NCBI GenBank assembly: GCA_965202585.1
Contig: OZ241830.1
Span: forward strand, 29,450,001 to 29,514,000
Origin: Thalia democratica
Lineage: Eukaryota
Reading direction: 5' to 3'
Length of the DNA: 64,000 nt
Positions 23,195 to 37,279 of this stretch are shown piece after piece; the stretch's first letter is position 1, and the number at the start of each line of letters is the position of its first letter. The notes beneath the pieces were generated by a model. It made no database searches. It saw only the letters and a list, made by a program, of their open reading frames with translations, and was not told the origin of the DNA. The position numbers and the translations under genes are program-made.

Positions 23195-23770
23195 CTTTTT
23201 TGATCACTCCTCTTACTTGTTCATTGTATGTTTAGTTTTTAATATTTGCTCATGAACCTGTTTTGGTTTAAACAACGTTTTTGCTTTTCTCTTACGAGAA
23301 CATAAGATTTTATATACTTGTAGGTATCTTAATTTATTTTATATTAGTAAGGGTTTCCTCAGGTTACCTCAGTTCAGTAAAATCTTTCTGCATAGCTCAG
23401 TCCTTACCCGGATTTTACATCTTAACATCTCCATTATTGATATTTTGAAAACTTATGACAAATTTCTTATGGATAAATGTATGCAGTTTTAGAAGGAAGG
23501 CTTAATTTTCATAGACCTTGTAATTATTTAAAGTATCTTTTGTTTGGTTATAATGGTTTTCAGTTCCCATTTAGATGTTATTGATTATTTATTTAATTGT
23601 AATATATATAACTTGTGACAAGGACTAATACTTTTTTTTTCTGATTTTAAAAAGACTTTCATGTTATTGTGTCTTATTTTGAAAGCATGTTAAATTGAAC
23701 AAAATTTAAAATAAGCTTGTTTTTTTAGAGACATGTTTCATATTAAAGTCAATTATTTATGGTTTACTTT

Positions 23771-23910
23771 CATTTCTAACCAGCGATCATTTCTAACCTG
23801 GAAACTTCTAACCCGATCATATCTAACCAGATCACTTCTTACCCAATTAAGTTTAACCGGATCATTTCTAACCCGATCATGTTTAACACGATAGTTTCTA
23901 ACTCGATCAG
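23771..23910. repeat. 15-bp minisatellite GATCATTTCTAACCC (~9 units)
   Basis: Direct reading of the tandem units. Confidence 0.85.
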
Positions 23911-26199
23911 TAAAAAATATCATTATTTTGGATTGGTATTAAACAGCTATTATTTTGAAGCCAAACTAATACTAACTAAAATGTTCTTATATTAAAATAA
24001 AGTTTACCTTGTCTTAACAAAAACTTAATATTTATATAGCTATATTATTTAAAGTATTATTATTAATCATTTAATTTTAACTTATTTTAGTTTAAAATAG
24101 TTTTTAATATTTTGAATTTATTTTTTTATATAAACCTGCTTGTATAGATTTTATTTTCGAAATTAATAAGATTTCAAGATTGTTTTTAGTCTTTTAAATT
24201 GAGCTTTGTTGAATATCTAAAGTAAGCTGTTTTACTACACTAAAGTTGTAGATTTTTATCATTTGACAAACGACAATATTATTTTAACACAGGTATATTA
24301 AAAAAAATAAACTGTTACAAATGTAATATTCAGATACAAATATATTTCTATTACAGTCTACAAGCTTTGCAGTAAGACTAGCACAAGTTACTCATCTAGT
24401 TTAATTGTTTTAAGAAATTTGTTATAGATTTACTACATATATTTAAAACTATTAACCTACTAGTCTTCTTGTACCTTTTTTATAGGAAAATGAACATAAG
24501 GTCTAAGATTGTTTTAGGTTTTTAATATCACAAAGAAGTACTTCAAATGTGTTTTGTCATAAACTGAACTTACTAATAAAAAATTTTCCTATTTAAATTA
24601 TTTAGCTTTTAAACTAATTATGATAACCTTACTTTACAAAGAAAAATTTATTTAAAATTCAGTGTTTATCCAAGTTTCTGTATGATATTTTTTAATCTTT
24701 TTTTTAAATCTTCTAGGTAACTCTGAAATTACCATCAAATAAAAGTGATTATTTTCAATATTGTAAATATAGCTGCTGATGTAGTATACAAATGAGTAGC
24801 AAATTTGACATAAAAACTTCGTTAACTACATAACTATAAAAATATAATCATTGTATTATAAGTTCACACAGTAAAAATATATATTGAATGTAACTTACAC
24901 ACGCTAAACACTTAAAAATACAAATTTAAACTATTGTCTTCTTGAATTTTTGAAAATATAATAATATAAAGTGGGTTTCAAAAGCATTTTTTTTTTAATT
25001 CTTCCTTCGACAATATTTCTAAGAAAAACTTACCTTTGATACATTTAAAACTTGGTTTTAGTATAAAACTCCGAGATATTTTTTTAAGTTTTTAATTATG
25101 CTCTCGTGGCACCCCCTTACACAGCTTATGGCCCCTTTTCTCATAATATCTAATATGAATTCTAAATTTATTTTTAAATACATCTAAAACATATATTTAT
25201 TTGTTGTCTTAACTATGAAGTGCTAAGTATCCAGTGTAAGTTTCAAACTATGGCCTCATAACCCATTTAGGTCCCTTTACTACTTTTAAACACTTAAAAT
25301 TATTAAAATGGGCTTGTAAAGGAGGCTCTTTTTAGGTAAGTTTGGTTTAACATCTAATAACTACTTACAATGTTTTTATATATGTATCTGATAGCAAATT
25401 ATTATTTTGTAAATAACAACAAAACATTAAAAATGGATATACAAGCTATTTTCTATAGATTTATATGCAACACTTTATCTTTTTACTTCATAATATATTA
25501 ATTTAATCTCGTCATAAGTAACTCCTAAAATATTTTAAATTAAATTTTTTATGACTTACATGTCGAATATTGAGTTTTAGAATAGATGATATACAAAATA
25601 TGATTTTTAGAATTTAATTTTTTATAAGCATATTTAAAGTAGCATTACAGTAACTCGTTAGTAATTTAAGTACATTAATTAACTTTAATGTTAAATGCTA
25701 TGCACTAAATTAAAAAAAAAAAAGTTTTAAAAACCTGGAAAAGTTTAAAATAATTACTGTTTGCTAACCTATTCTACTCAGGTTATATAAAACTAGTAAA
25801 CTTAAATTTTATTCTTCTTTTAATTTTCAACAATTAAAAATTATACTTAAGTTCAGGTGCTTACACTTTTATAGTAATTTTAAATATTAACTATTATAGA
25901 TTTTTGCTATTATCTTTTGATTAAAGTTAATGCTTCTTTAAATGATTTTGACACGGTTTTTACCTAAAATTATATTTAGGAAAGGTTTAAATAATTAAAA
26001 AGTTAGCATCATTAATAGACCCTGATATTTTGAATTAATTCTTTTAAATAAGATAATGTTATAAAATGTTTACTTGTGTAAAAAAATAACTATTTATTTT
26101 ATAAAACTCTTTAAAAAACAACTATGATATCAATAAATTAAATTTTTTAAAAACAAACATTTTATTATTTTAACGATTTCTTAATGTCACTACAATACA

Positions 26200-28600
26200 A
26201 TAATATTTAGCTAGAATAGCTTAAAGCAACAACATCAAAATAGCAATGATTAAAATTTAGATGATCATGATAATTTAAATTTTTTTTTTATTTCAGGATA
26301 ACTAAGGCTAGTTTTTTTTTTGTATATTCAGTATGAATCAAGCTATTATGGTATTATTAAAACAAATCAGAGTAATTTCAAAAGTTTTTTTTATCCTTAT
26401 CTTTTTTTTATTCATGAAATAAGGTTTTGTTGTTCCATATACAATAGTATAACATTTTATATAAAAATTGATTAAAAAACTTAACTAATATTAGTATTTA
26501 AAAACTTTTAGATTTAAAAAATTATATGTATAAATTATTTAAAGGATTAAAATTATCAAGATGACTCAGTACAGTTTAAAGTCAAGTAGGACAGATTTTA
26601 GCAAGATCCACAGACACTAAATACTCAATAAAGTTTTTATTATTCAGAAATCTCAAGACTACACAGTCTAACTTAGGCTTGGTTGAAATTTATAAACAAA
26701 CTCAGTATGACTCAGACCAGTTTAGTTTTTTTTATAAAAACTGAAAATACTTTAATTATTTTATAAAAATATCAAGCTATTTTTTACATCAAAATAAGAT
26801 CTATTTGATTAAGTTTCAATATTTTTATAGTTTTTATCAATCGTGTTCAAAAGATTTTTGCAAGGTTTTGAGCAGGTTTGAATTTAAAGTTTATTGTAAA
26901 GCTATTTAAAATTCATTTTGAAACAAATGAGTGGCAAATTTCTCATAAATTTTTATGTTGTTTTCTTATTATGAATATATTCAACAAATGTGGTTTTTTA
27001 CTTTTTTTTGAATAGTGAATAGTAAATCTTCATGGCTTTCCACAACTATCAGTTATAGATGATAGAGCTAAGAAAACATTGTAGTAGAGTTGCCATTCAA
27101 TTAGGATATTGATTAAACTTTGAAAATGACAAACTGAAATAGACAAGTTTTGTGTAATAAAAAACGATTAAGGATTTTTTTTTAATCTCAGTAGAAATCA
27201 GAGTTTTTTTTTATAAGAAATGTTGAAAAAATAAATATCAGATATTAATAATGTGGATATTATGTACTTTATTTTTTGATTTTATTTGAAGTTCCAATTC
27301 CTTTATATTGAAATAATTCTTACGTTTTTGTGTTAAATATTTTGAATATATTTAAACATTAAAGAGCAACAACATTGAATTAGGAAAGTTTCAATTTTAG
27401 AATAATCAGTTCAGGATATTAATTTTCCTTTTTTTATTTTAAGATTTATCAAGATAAAATCAGTCTAATTTTATAAACCTCAAGATGGGTCAGGCAAGTT
27501 TGTAGTTTTATAAAAGACCCTTAATAGTTTTAAGAATTTTTAAAAACCTCAGTATAACTTCTCAGTTTTTCATAATGTTTATCTATTCATAATTAGTTAT
27601 GTTATTATATATACAAACTGTTCAAAAACTTGATTTTTTATTTGGATAATTAATTTGAAAAAAAAAGAATTTTTGTAAGGTATATTTGAAAACTGAAAAT
27701 AGCTCAGGACAGTTTCTAGTCATTAATGAATAATTTTTCATGTTAAATATCATGTTAAATAAGGTAATCATGTTAAATGTAAAAATAATAAGGACTTGAA
27801 TTTTTCTATAAAACAAAGTATAGTTTGATTCTCAACACAAGTAAAATAAATAAAAATGAAAATAAGTGAAAAATCTTGATTTTAATGAGTTTTGTAAAAA
27901 AATCACTTAAAAAAATTTAAGTAATAGAAAGATTGACTTCCTGGAGTCTTTTTTAAAGTCTATCATTGAAAACAAAAAAAAGTCTGAAAATAGATCCAAT
28001 TAATAAATTTTTATATGTTTTAATTGTGAATTTATATAATTCATTAATAAATTTTTTAAATCAAAATTTACAACTGTGTTTTGTTAAAGGCTTGGTTAGT
28101 GAATATTGCAATAACAGTAGGGTATAAAAGCTTAAGGTCACTACAATAAAATGCAGCTGGAATAGATCAAAGCAACAATATTAAAAGAGAGTTGATAAAA
28201 AGTTAAAATTTCAGGATAATTTGAATTTTTTTTAATCTCAGGGTAGCTTAGGCTAATATTTGTTTGTATTCTTAAAAAGAATCAGAGCAATATGAGATTA
28301 TTTAAAAAGCCTTTTTTTTTCTAGACGTGATAAGGTTTTGTTGTTCTATACAAAATCGTTTGATATTTTATAGCCAAAATGCTTATATAACTCAAAATAT
28401 TGAAAAATCTCAGATATAAAAAATTTATATTTATTAATTATTTATAGCATTAAAAAAATCATGATGACTCAGTACAGCTTAAATAGGACAGATTTAAGCA
28501 AGATCCACACACTCAAGACACCCAATACAATTATAATTATTCAGAAATCTCAGGATAACCCAGTTTAACTCAGGTTTGGTTAAGTTTCAGATCAGTTTAC
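26200..28600. repeat. Degenerate internal direct repeat (~450-500 bp units at ~26200-26720 and ~28150-28590, partial third at ~27050-27560)
   Basis: Shared GCT(A/G)GAATAG..AAAGCAACAA, TTTCAGGATAA, ATGACTCAGTACAG and TAGCAAGATCCACA. The same pair is present in the paralog at ~50110-50620 and ~52085-52530. Confidence 0.65.
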
Positions 28601-29252
28601 TTAACAGTAAATATTTTATAGATGTTTATTTTAGTAGACTTTTTTTGTATCTACTTTCTATTTTAATAAAATTTCTCCACTTAACTAACACGTTTAAAAT
28701 AAAACAAGCATCATTAGTCATATTTTCAGTTTTGCAATTTTCCTTTGTTATTTAAAAATTTTTAATAAGTAAATTATACACCTAGAATCCTCATAAAATT
28801 GAAATTGGAAATTTTGAAAATAACTGCATAAAAAACCTAAAATGCTGAACTATTTTTACATGTTAAACAGTGAAACTCAGATTTGAACTACAAAATCTAC
28901 AATAAAGATTTTTTATCATAAAAAATATATTTTGTTTAAAAACACATTAAGCTCTACAGTATTACTTAACTTTATTTACCTTGAACCTAACTTTAAATTG
29001 AAAATAGAAAAAAATCAGGTATTATCCAAAGCCTGGAAAAAGTTCTGAAATCTAAAAAAATTCTCAAAAACCGGTGGACATCCAGATAAAACCAATTTTC
29101 AAAATTTAGGATACAAGTTGCATTTGTGTACTATTTAGATCAATTTGAAAGCTAAGAAAATAAATTTTATAAATCATTATTTTTGTTATTAAATATAGAA
29201 TTTTCTAAACATATTGTAAACAAGATCTTATATTTGCAGACATAGTTTTACA

Positions 29253-29504
29253 ATGGTTTGCTTACTACTAGAGATTTTTGGAAACATTCCTAGATTGTTG
29301 TTCCTCAAACTAGTTCACACATGTAGTCCAACGATGTTCAGATACATGATCCTAATTGAATTCCTTGTTCCCTTGATATTCTTGAGTGCTGTAGGATTAT
29401 TTCTCTTCTTCCTCAGCAAATTACTAACCGAATCCAATGGACGAAGTGTTTTAGGTACTGGCCAAGTGATTCAAAGTACCGCCGAAATGGTTCAAGGAAA
29501 TTAG
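29253..29504 (+). CDS. Putative small membrane protein (83 aa), copy A
   Basis: TTTGCAG acceptor 13 nt before the ATG, a hydrophobic core (LIEFLVPLIFLSAVGLFLFFL) and AATAAA ~40 nt after the stop. The frame is preserved in the paralog at 53220-53450. Confidence 0.45.
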   Translation: MVCLLLEIFGNIPRLLFLKLVHTCSPTMFRYMILIEFLVPLIFLSAVGLFLFFLSKLLTESNGRSVLGTGQVIQSTAEMVQGN

Positions 29505-32500
29505 TAAATAGTCGAATAGTTTAGAGATAATTTTGTTTGTCATTAATAAACTTTTAGATTTAAATAAAAAATTGTTTTTTTTTATTCATAGAGTCTTTTT
29601 CACTAAACTTTAAAATACAGATAGAGTGAATTGTTTCTAATGAAATAATATAAGTATAACTAAATATTTAAAACTACAATATTTAAAAGGTTTACGAAAT
29701 TTTATCTAGTTATCAAAACTAATAAGTATATGATAACAGAACTAAATGTAAAACTACTATTTAAATCTTTATAGTATAAGTTTTTTTTTAATTTTATAAA
29801 CTAACATTATTCACATGGTAGAGTACTTAATAAAGAAACCGCATTGTGATTAATATAGATGTAATTTTTCTGTTAATTCTTTGGGCAAATGTAAGCTTTC
29901 TTTTAAAATTAATTTTCCATTGTGTCTAATGGTTTAATAGGTTTTATGAGTTATAACTTATCCTAAACTGTATTTTACTGTAAGAAATACATTTAAGTAT
30001 ACTTGTTATTTATTTTTACTGCAAATAGCTTGTTATTGCTTTTACTTCATAATTTTTTAATTTTAGACAGTAATTTTAGACAGTTTTCAGTATAACCTTA
30101 AATTACTGTGCGACTCCCACAATTTTTTCCAACTTGAGATTTATTTCTATTGTTAGAAAAAATATTGTTAGTAGAATTCTAATAATTTACTACAAAAAAA
30201 TAATAATAAAAAATCTAAATATAACTACCGATCCAGCATTAATAGTTTCCCACCATTGTTGTAAAACAAAAAAAAAAAATTTTTTAAACGAGCTTATGCT
30301 TCAATTCGAGTTTATTTTCCATTTTACTTATTATTAGGGACAACACGTAGCAAGGAAAGTTCTATCTCTCTAAAATTAAAATAGTAAAAAGATTGTTACA
30401 ATTTTTTTTTGTCCATTAAGCTGTGTAGTGAAAAATACTTAAATTTTTATTCATTATGTTTCACGTTTTCAGTATTATTTACTTCAAATCGTAGCTTAAA
30501 AGTAATTTAAACAGATGAGTTTAGTTTTTGAAGTTAAATGTCATAAGGACAAATATTTTTTTCAAAGCTAATAAAAATATAGTTATAATTCGAAATATTT
30601 TTTTTTTTAAAGTAGCGAAAAAATTTTTTTAAAGTGTCTTAAATTGTGTCAAGTTAAACTAAGACAATCATACGACTATACAACTTGTGACGACAGGTCA
30701 AAACCTTTTATATACAAATTTTTGATGTGATCATCTAGTCTTGAACTTACAATTCATAAACACCTTGTCCATAGAAAATTTCTTATTCGAAAATCTTAGT
30801 GGCATATGTTTGGGATTCTTATCCGTGTATAAAATAAACAAACTGTCAAGTTTATCCATAATTTATTTTTAGTTTTCATTCGAAGAATAAAACTTGTTAG
30901 CACTTAAAGCTGCATATATTTCAACACAACCAAGCAATTTTTTTTCTTCACCATAACCAATTTTCATTAACGACATAGTTATTATTAATTTTGTTGTAAT
31001 TTTTACTATCATATCATTTTATTATTTTTACACAGCTTTATATACAGTAATAAAAGTCTCAGGGTAAAAATTCTTTATCATGAAAAACAAAAATAGTTGT
31101 AAAACAAGTAGTCAAGTTTAAACATGGCTAGTAATTTGCAATTTTAACCTATTTTGAGAAGGTTGGACTTTGTTTTTTTTTTAAATATTTATGTAAATAA
31201 TTATCTAGTAGGACTTTGCTAATCAGTTTTCAATCTCAAATAAAAATTTAGTTAGATTTTTTTTAAACATTTTATAAATCTAACTTAAAACATACTCTCA
31301 AAGATAAAACTTAATATTTGAGCATTAGAAAACAATTTAATTTTGTTTGAATGGTTTTTTTTACATAGTATAATTTTCAACTTATCTTAACTATAAAATT
31401 TATACAAAGATAAGTTTGTACCGACAAGGCTAGAATTATTTAACATGCTTTAATTAATTTACTGACCAGTAGAACATAGCACTATACAAAAAACAAAGCT
31501 GAAAAGTATACACATGACTTAAACCTTAAAGCTTAATTACCCTAATTATTGAAATAACTTTAAGAAGTAAAAGGTACAAAAATTGAATAATTACTAACAA
31601 AAGTTTCAGTTATTATTAAAAAAAGTATAAACTAAACAATTTGTATAAAAATAGTTACAAGCTTTAAACTAAATCATTATGATGATCAATTATGGTTTAA
31701 TTTAGTAAAAATAATAGCTTAATAGTTATCAATAAAAGAAAGTGAAGTTTTGAAATCAAATGTCATAAGCATATACATTTTATTCAAACTTTCTTAACAA
31801 ATGTTAAGAAGTCCAAGTGAACAGTTTCTTACAAAGTAGTAGAGGTGATCATTATAAATTCTAACACTTCTCGCAAAAATTAACGAATTAATGAAAAAAT
31901 AACGAACATAATGTTAATCTAATCCTTTTAACTACTAATACAAATTAGATCTAGTATAGTAGTAAGATAAAAATTAACTCTATTATCAAATCAAAAAAAA
32001 AAGAGATATTAAACATAAAAAGTTGAAATGTACCAACATTAAAAAGTTAATTAAAGTAAACCTACAACTTTAGTTTTCAAAGTAAAACCGATAAAATTTA
32101 TGTTTTAACTTGTTGTACACTAAGTAAAAATTACTATTTAACTTACATTTAATATGAAACATTTCAAAAATTTTATAAAATATAGTATAGTTGATATATA
32201 ATTTTTAACTTCCAACATTTTTTTGTTGCCAACAAAGCTATCAAAGTTGTTTTGTTTATAGTTTATGTAAAACAATACAATTTTTTCTTTTTTTTAGTTA
32301 AAAAAAAACTAAAGTTTATTTTTAGGTTTTTTATTTAGCAAATTAACAAATTTATAATAAAAGGTTATAAATAAGTAATTTATCTACAACAAAAGATTTT
32401 CGTTGTCATTAAACATGTTACTAAATCACAACAACAATAAAAAATGTTTGCAATAATACGTTTGTTTATTATATAAGGGGCTTATTTTTATTGGTATCCT

Positions 32501-34584
32501 AAAAATACGAGTTGTCCCCTAAAAATCCTAAATAAGCCGATAAAGATGCTTTTGAACAGTTTATAACTTAAAATAGTTTACAAAAAGTTTTAATTCAAAC
32601 GTTAACATTTTGCTGTCGAGTAAAATTAGTATATTTGATTTTTGAAATAATAACCAATTTTTTTAAATATCAACCTAATAATTTAGCTTAAAAAACTTTT
32701 TTTTTGTAGAATAATATCTAAACAATTTAAAATTTTCATAACTTATTAATATTTTTATAAGAAAATTTTTCATAAAAAATTAGCCAATCAAAGCATTTTA
32801 CATAATTTTTTATTTAGTTCGCAAATTTTATTGTTTGACTAAGTAAACTACTTACATATCATTGAAAATTATTTTTCGTCTTTAGGACAATTTAGTTATT
32901 TTTATTCGTACTTTGTTTTTAGTTTCTTATATTAAAAGTTTTTATAATCCATGCTATATATACTATGTAAGTGAAACTTTCACATTGTCAATGTTAATAG
33001 GACTTAGGTTTGTATTTAATTTATTTTACTTTATGTTAAAAATCGGACTACCTATTAAGGCTTCCGTTTAATTACTACTTTCGAAAGTTTTAAAAATTTT
33101 TGTTTACTTGAGAAAATAAGATCGTTATAGAGTTTTATAAATTTTACTATTAAAAGTTAATCTAGAAAATATTCTATTCAAATAACAAAAAAAATTTTGC
33201 ACTAAAACTTAATTAGATAGCCCCTGTGTGTGAACCATGTAAACATTTATGTTCAAACAACAGACGGGCATATAAAAAAAAAATATTTTTTGAATGAGTT
33301 GAATATCCAAAAAAAAATTTCTAAACTTAAAACAAATACTTTGTTTTGGTAATCATATTAGTTGTAAGTTTTTCTAAATTTATAGTAACATATCAAAACG
33401 CGAAAAAAGTTGTAAAAAAGTCTTTATTTTACTATTATTTATTATTATGTCCTGGACAAGACAAAAGGTCATCCATATGGTGAATTACTTGACAACAGAA
33501 AGGTTTATTTTCCTACAAAAAAAAAATTAGAACCAAATTTTTTGCTATTTCTTGTCGTTTAATGAAGTATTTTAGCTATAATAACTAATAGTTTGTAAAA
33601 ATTTGAACGTGAAATAAAAAAATAAGTTTTATATTTTGCTATCATGAAACTTCAAGTGATAAACAAATTATAAACCATTTTAATGTGGTTGAAGTTTGTC
33701 ACGTGGATTAAATAAAACTTTTTTATATAAAAAAAAAAATATTGTATGTTTTTGTTTTAAGAAAATAAAAAAAGGAGATCTCGACTACCCGAAAAAAAAA
33801 TAATTAATTTATTTTTTCAAGGATTTATTTTACAAACTAAGTTTCTAAACTAATTCTTTTAACAAAAATGATTATGACGGGTATACAGTAGAATAAAGTA
33901 TCATAATATATACTGTAAAAAATATCTTATAACATTCTATGTTAGGACACTTTGATGCGCCTTTGCGAGGTTTCTTTATTTTAGTTTATTTAACAATTTG
34001 AAATTTAATGTTTTTCTTTTCATGTGTAGTTCATATGTTTTTTATTGATAAATATTCCTAACATGCTATAAATAGGTTTGAATTTAACTACCAAAATACT
34101 AAGAATTGAATTGAGTTAATTACGAATTTTTTCGAAACTGATATTTTGTACACTACAATATTTAAGTTACTGAATGTTATTAATAAAATCATCTTAACTA
34201 TTTTGTGAAAAATATTTACTGCAAAACAAATGATATAAGTCTAAAAATAGCGTTTTTTTAAGACATCTGGTTCTGTCAAAAAATGTTTATAGTATCAAAT
34301 AGTAATTAAAATTATACAAAAACAAACTGCCTTTTAGTCTAAAGACATTTATTATGTAATTAAAACACTACACTTGAAAACTGTAAGTAAATGACAATGT
34401 ATCAGTAAAACGACAGTAGCATGAGTGAATATATACCAGTGTTGCGAAGGTAGGTAAAACTAGAAGGGAATTAAATGAGTAAATATGTGATATTTTATAA
34501 AAAGTGGATGGCTTATTTATAAACATATTTGAAGGGAGCGATTATCAAAATAAGTATTGGAAACCCCCGGTATAAAACCATAAC

Positions 34585-37279
34585 TTATTTGTATGAACTC
34601 TTTCCATTGCAACAAACAAACTTCACGTTATCGCAGTGAACCGTCTTACAAAAACCAACTTTGTACTTTCCGTTCTTTATAAACAGAGTCCAAACATCAT
34701 CACAACATCTGTAATTAATTTACAATTAACGTAACAAATATACATTTAGAAAATATTCGATTTTTTTTTCATTATTTACCTAGGTGAACTTAAAAAAATG
34801 TAAATAGATACTTCTAACTTTCAAGTTAGCTAAGTCGCATTAGTCTTATTATTGTGTACCTAATTGAATACAAATTCTTTTAAACACATGAGAAATAGTG
34901 GATTAGCGTGGTATTTCGGTCAGGGGTGCGCAAACTTTTTTCTTAAAAAATCACCTAAGTTAAAACTTTTGAAGTTAGCTATGAAAAGATCGTGTTATCT
35001 GTGATATAATAAAAACAAATTCATCAAGTAAAATAAGTTCGAAATAACTGTTTGTCACTTTAAAGTTTTCAAGTTAAAAGTATATTTTTTAAATTTAATT
35101 TGTCTGATTATATTTGTTTAACATAAAGATCACAAACAAAGTTTATTTCTCATAGGCCTACACGCTTTTTCTTGTATGTTTACAAAAACAAAAATCAGAA
35201 AACTAGCTGTAGTCTGAACATTTATTGTAGCTAAGAAAAAAAACTTATTTTTTTTAATTTTCCTTTAAGCGTGACGTATTTTTATAATTTTTTTGTTTAA
35301 AAATCTGTCACAAGGTTATACTCTTGCGGTGCACTACATTAATTGCGTGGTTTTGAGTCTAAATTTTTATGAAGTTCATGAAGTTATAAGTTTTTCCTTA
35401 TGGAATTTTTCTTCAACATCGGTGCGCATTTTCGCTTGCGCACCGAATCAGTATATCAAGTAATTTTCCTAATTTGTCACTATTTAGTATTCAAAATTTC
35501 GTTTAACTAAACGAATACTAGATAAACATAGTTGAAAAAGGCAAATTAAGTATAAAGAATAAAAAATAAAGATAACACATTACTTTTTTTTATTTTTTTT
35601 CTTTTTTTGGGTGGCACGCATGCACAAGTGTCCCTCCCCACGCTACGCCCCTAGTGAAAAATCAACTGCAAAAACGCAGGTGCAAATTTTACAATGAATC
35701 ATCTTTTTATTTATTTTACAATCAACCTGTAAGTGTGGAGGTCTCCTTTAAATGTGATCATGTAACTAGTTTGTTCGACCAATGCCTGTTTGATTATGTT
35801 GATTACAAAGTTATTATTTATTATTTAACCTGCCAAAAATCTTAATATATTTATGAAGCGCATTTAACTTGTCAATGTTATTAAAATAAGTATTAGTTTT
35901 ATAACAAGTTTATTTAGAAAAAGATCTTGTTTTTCGTTCAACGCATATTTGCAAATATCAGGATTTTCTAACTGGGTCATAAGCAGCAAAGGATCCAAGC
36001 TACGATCCATGATCAGTTAAAGGGCTGCAGGGGGCCATGAGGTCACAAATAGAGTTTTACACTAGATATTCTGGAGTTGATGAAGATGAGCAAAAAAAGT
36101 CCTAATCATTTTTTATTATAGTTATGAAGATTATGCTAGATCATATGGAAACATTTTAAAGAATTTACCGGGCAAAAGTTTTAAAAGGGTAGCCACTAGG
36201 CTATATTCGGAAACTTACACTAGATATTTTAGAGTTGATGATGAAAAGTAAAAAAATGTTCTCAGGGCGTTTTAAAAAATGGTATATCTTTGAGAAACCT
36301 TTTGGAGATGGCCATAGTTTTTTTTTTCTCTTTAAAGAGGGCCTTTTGAAAAAAAAAAGTTTAGGAAAGTCTGTTTTATATTAATATATTATTATTTATT
36401 TTGTTTATGTATAAATGCTTTTAAAGTTTACTTTATAAGTTTTCAGCTAGAGAAGTTTAACTTTTTCTAAAATAGACTGGTGTTATAAACCACTTTAAAG
36501 AATTTTTTAATTTACTTAGTTTTAAGACACATTTTTTCTAATAAATATAAAAATAATGAATTACTTTATAAATCTTATTTAAACAAACTGGCTAGTTTGA
36601 AACTAACCACAAATAGTTCTAACCATATTTAATAAATAAACTTGGTTAGGTTCAACACTAGTTGTTTAAAAATAATACTTATATTTATATAATCACACTT
36701 ATTTTTACTTTTGTGTAACCAGACAAAAATAAAACCCTATTACAAAACTTATTAATTAACTTCGTTAAAAATAGCCATACCACATAAAAGATGTGGTTAT
36801 TTGCAATTAAAATTTTTAGTAATATGTTTTAACCTAGAAAAACTTTAATTATTAGCTAAAAAACGTATGTTTTGAACATAAATGAAAATGTTAGCTCTAG
36901 TTTTACCAATTATTAATTCTGAAATCTCCTACTTTTTTATTGAACTTGTTTATAACTGAATATACCTTAGTTTAAATATAAAAAATCTCAGAAATGGTTA
37001 TGACCAACTACAGTTTTAATAGCTTTATTTTAAACTATAAAAAAACTTTAACCTTAATATAAAACTTATAATTCTAGACAGTCACAAGTATATATTTATA
37101 AATTTACTATCAGTTCTAAAAAATAACTTTTTTTTTCTTACCCTGTTGATGACTTTGTCATACTGCTGAAGTATTGAAATGGCAATTTGCGGTGTTATTT
37201 GCTTCTTTGCAATCATTTCATCCAAAGTCTCCTGCACACCAATACCAAGGGTAGAATTTCTATACATCTGGTAACTCAT
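34585..37279 (-). CDS. GTF2A2: TFIIA small (gamma) subunit, divergent; coding exons 37279-37142, 35785-35727, 34708-34585
   Basis: Spliced product [106 protein letters not shown] matches the TFIIA-gamma pattern (YQLYRNTTLG, QITPQLA, TYRFCDNVWT, VKIVACDGK). Canonical GT-AG introns with consistent phases (0 and 2). Confidence 0.92.

Noticed and set aside
30600-31000. Minus-strand protein-like stretch (…KNPKHMPLRFSN…)
   Set aside because: Contains stops, is not frame-conserved in the paralog at ~61750-62090, and could not be assigned to a family.
34921-35446. CAGGGGTGCGCAAAC left end and TTGCGCACC as a MITE in TFIIA intron 2
   Set aside because: The right end is incomplete (part of a local 10-bp palindrome) and there is no TSD.
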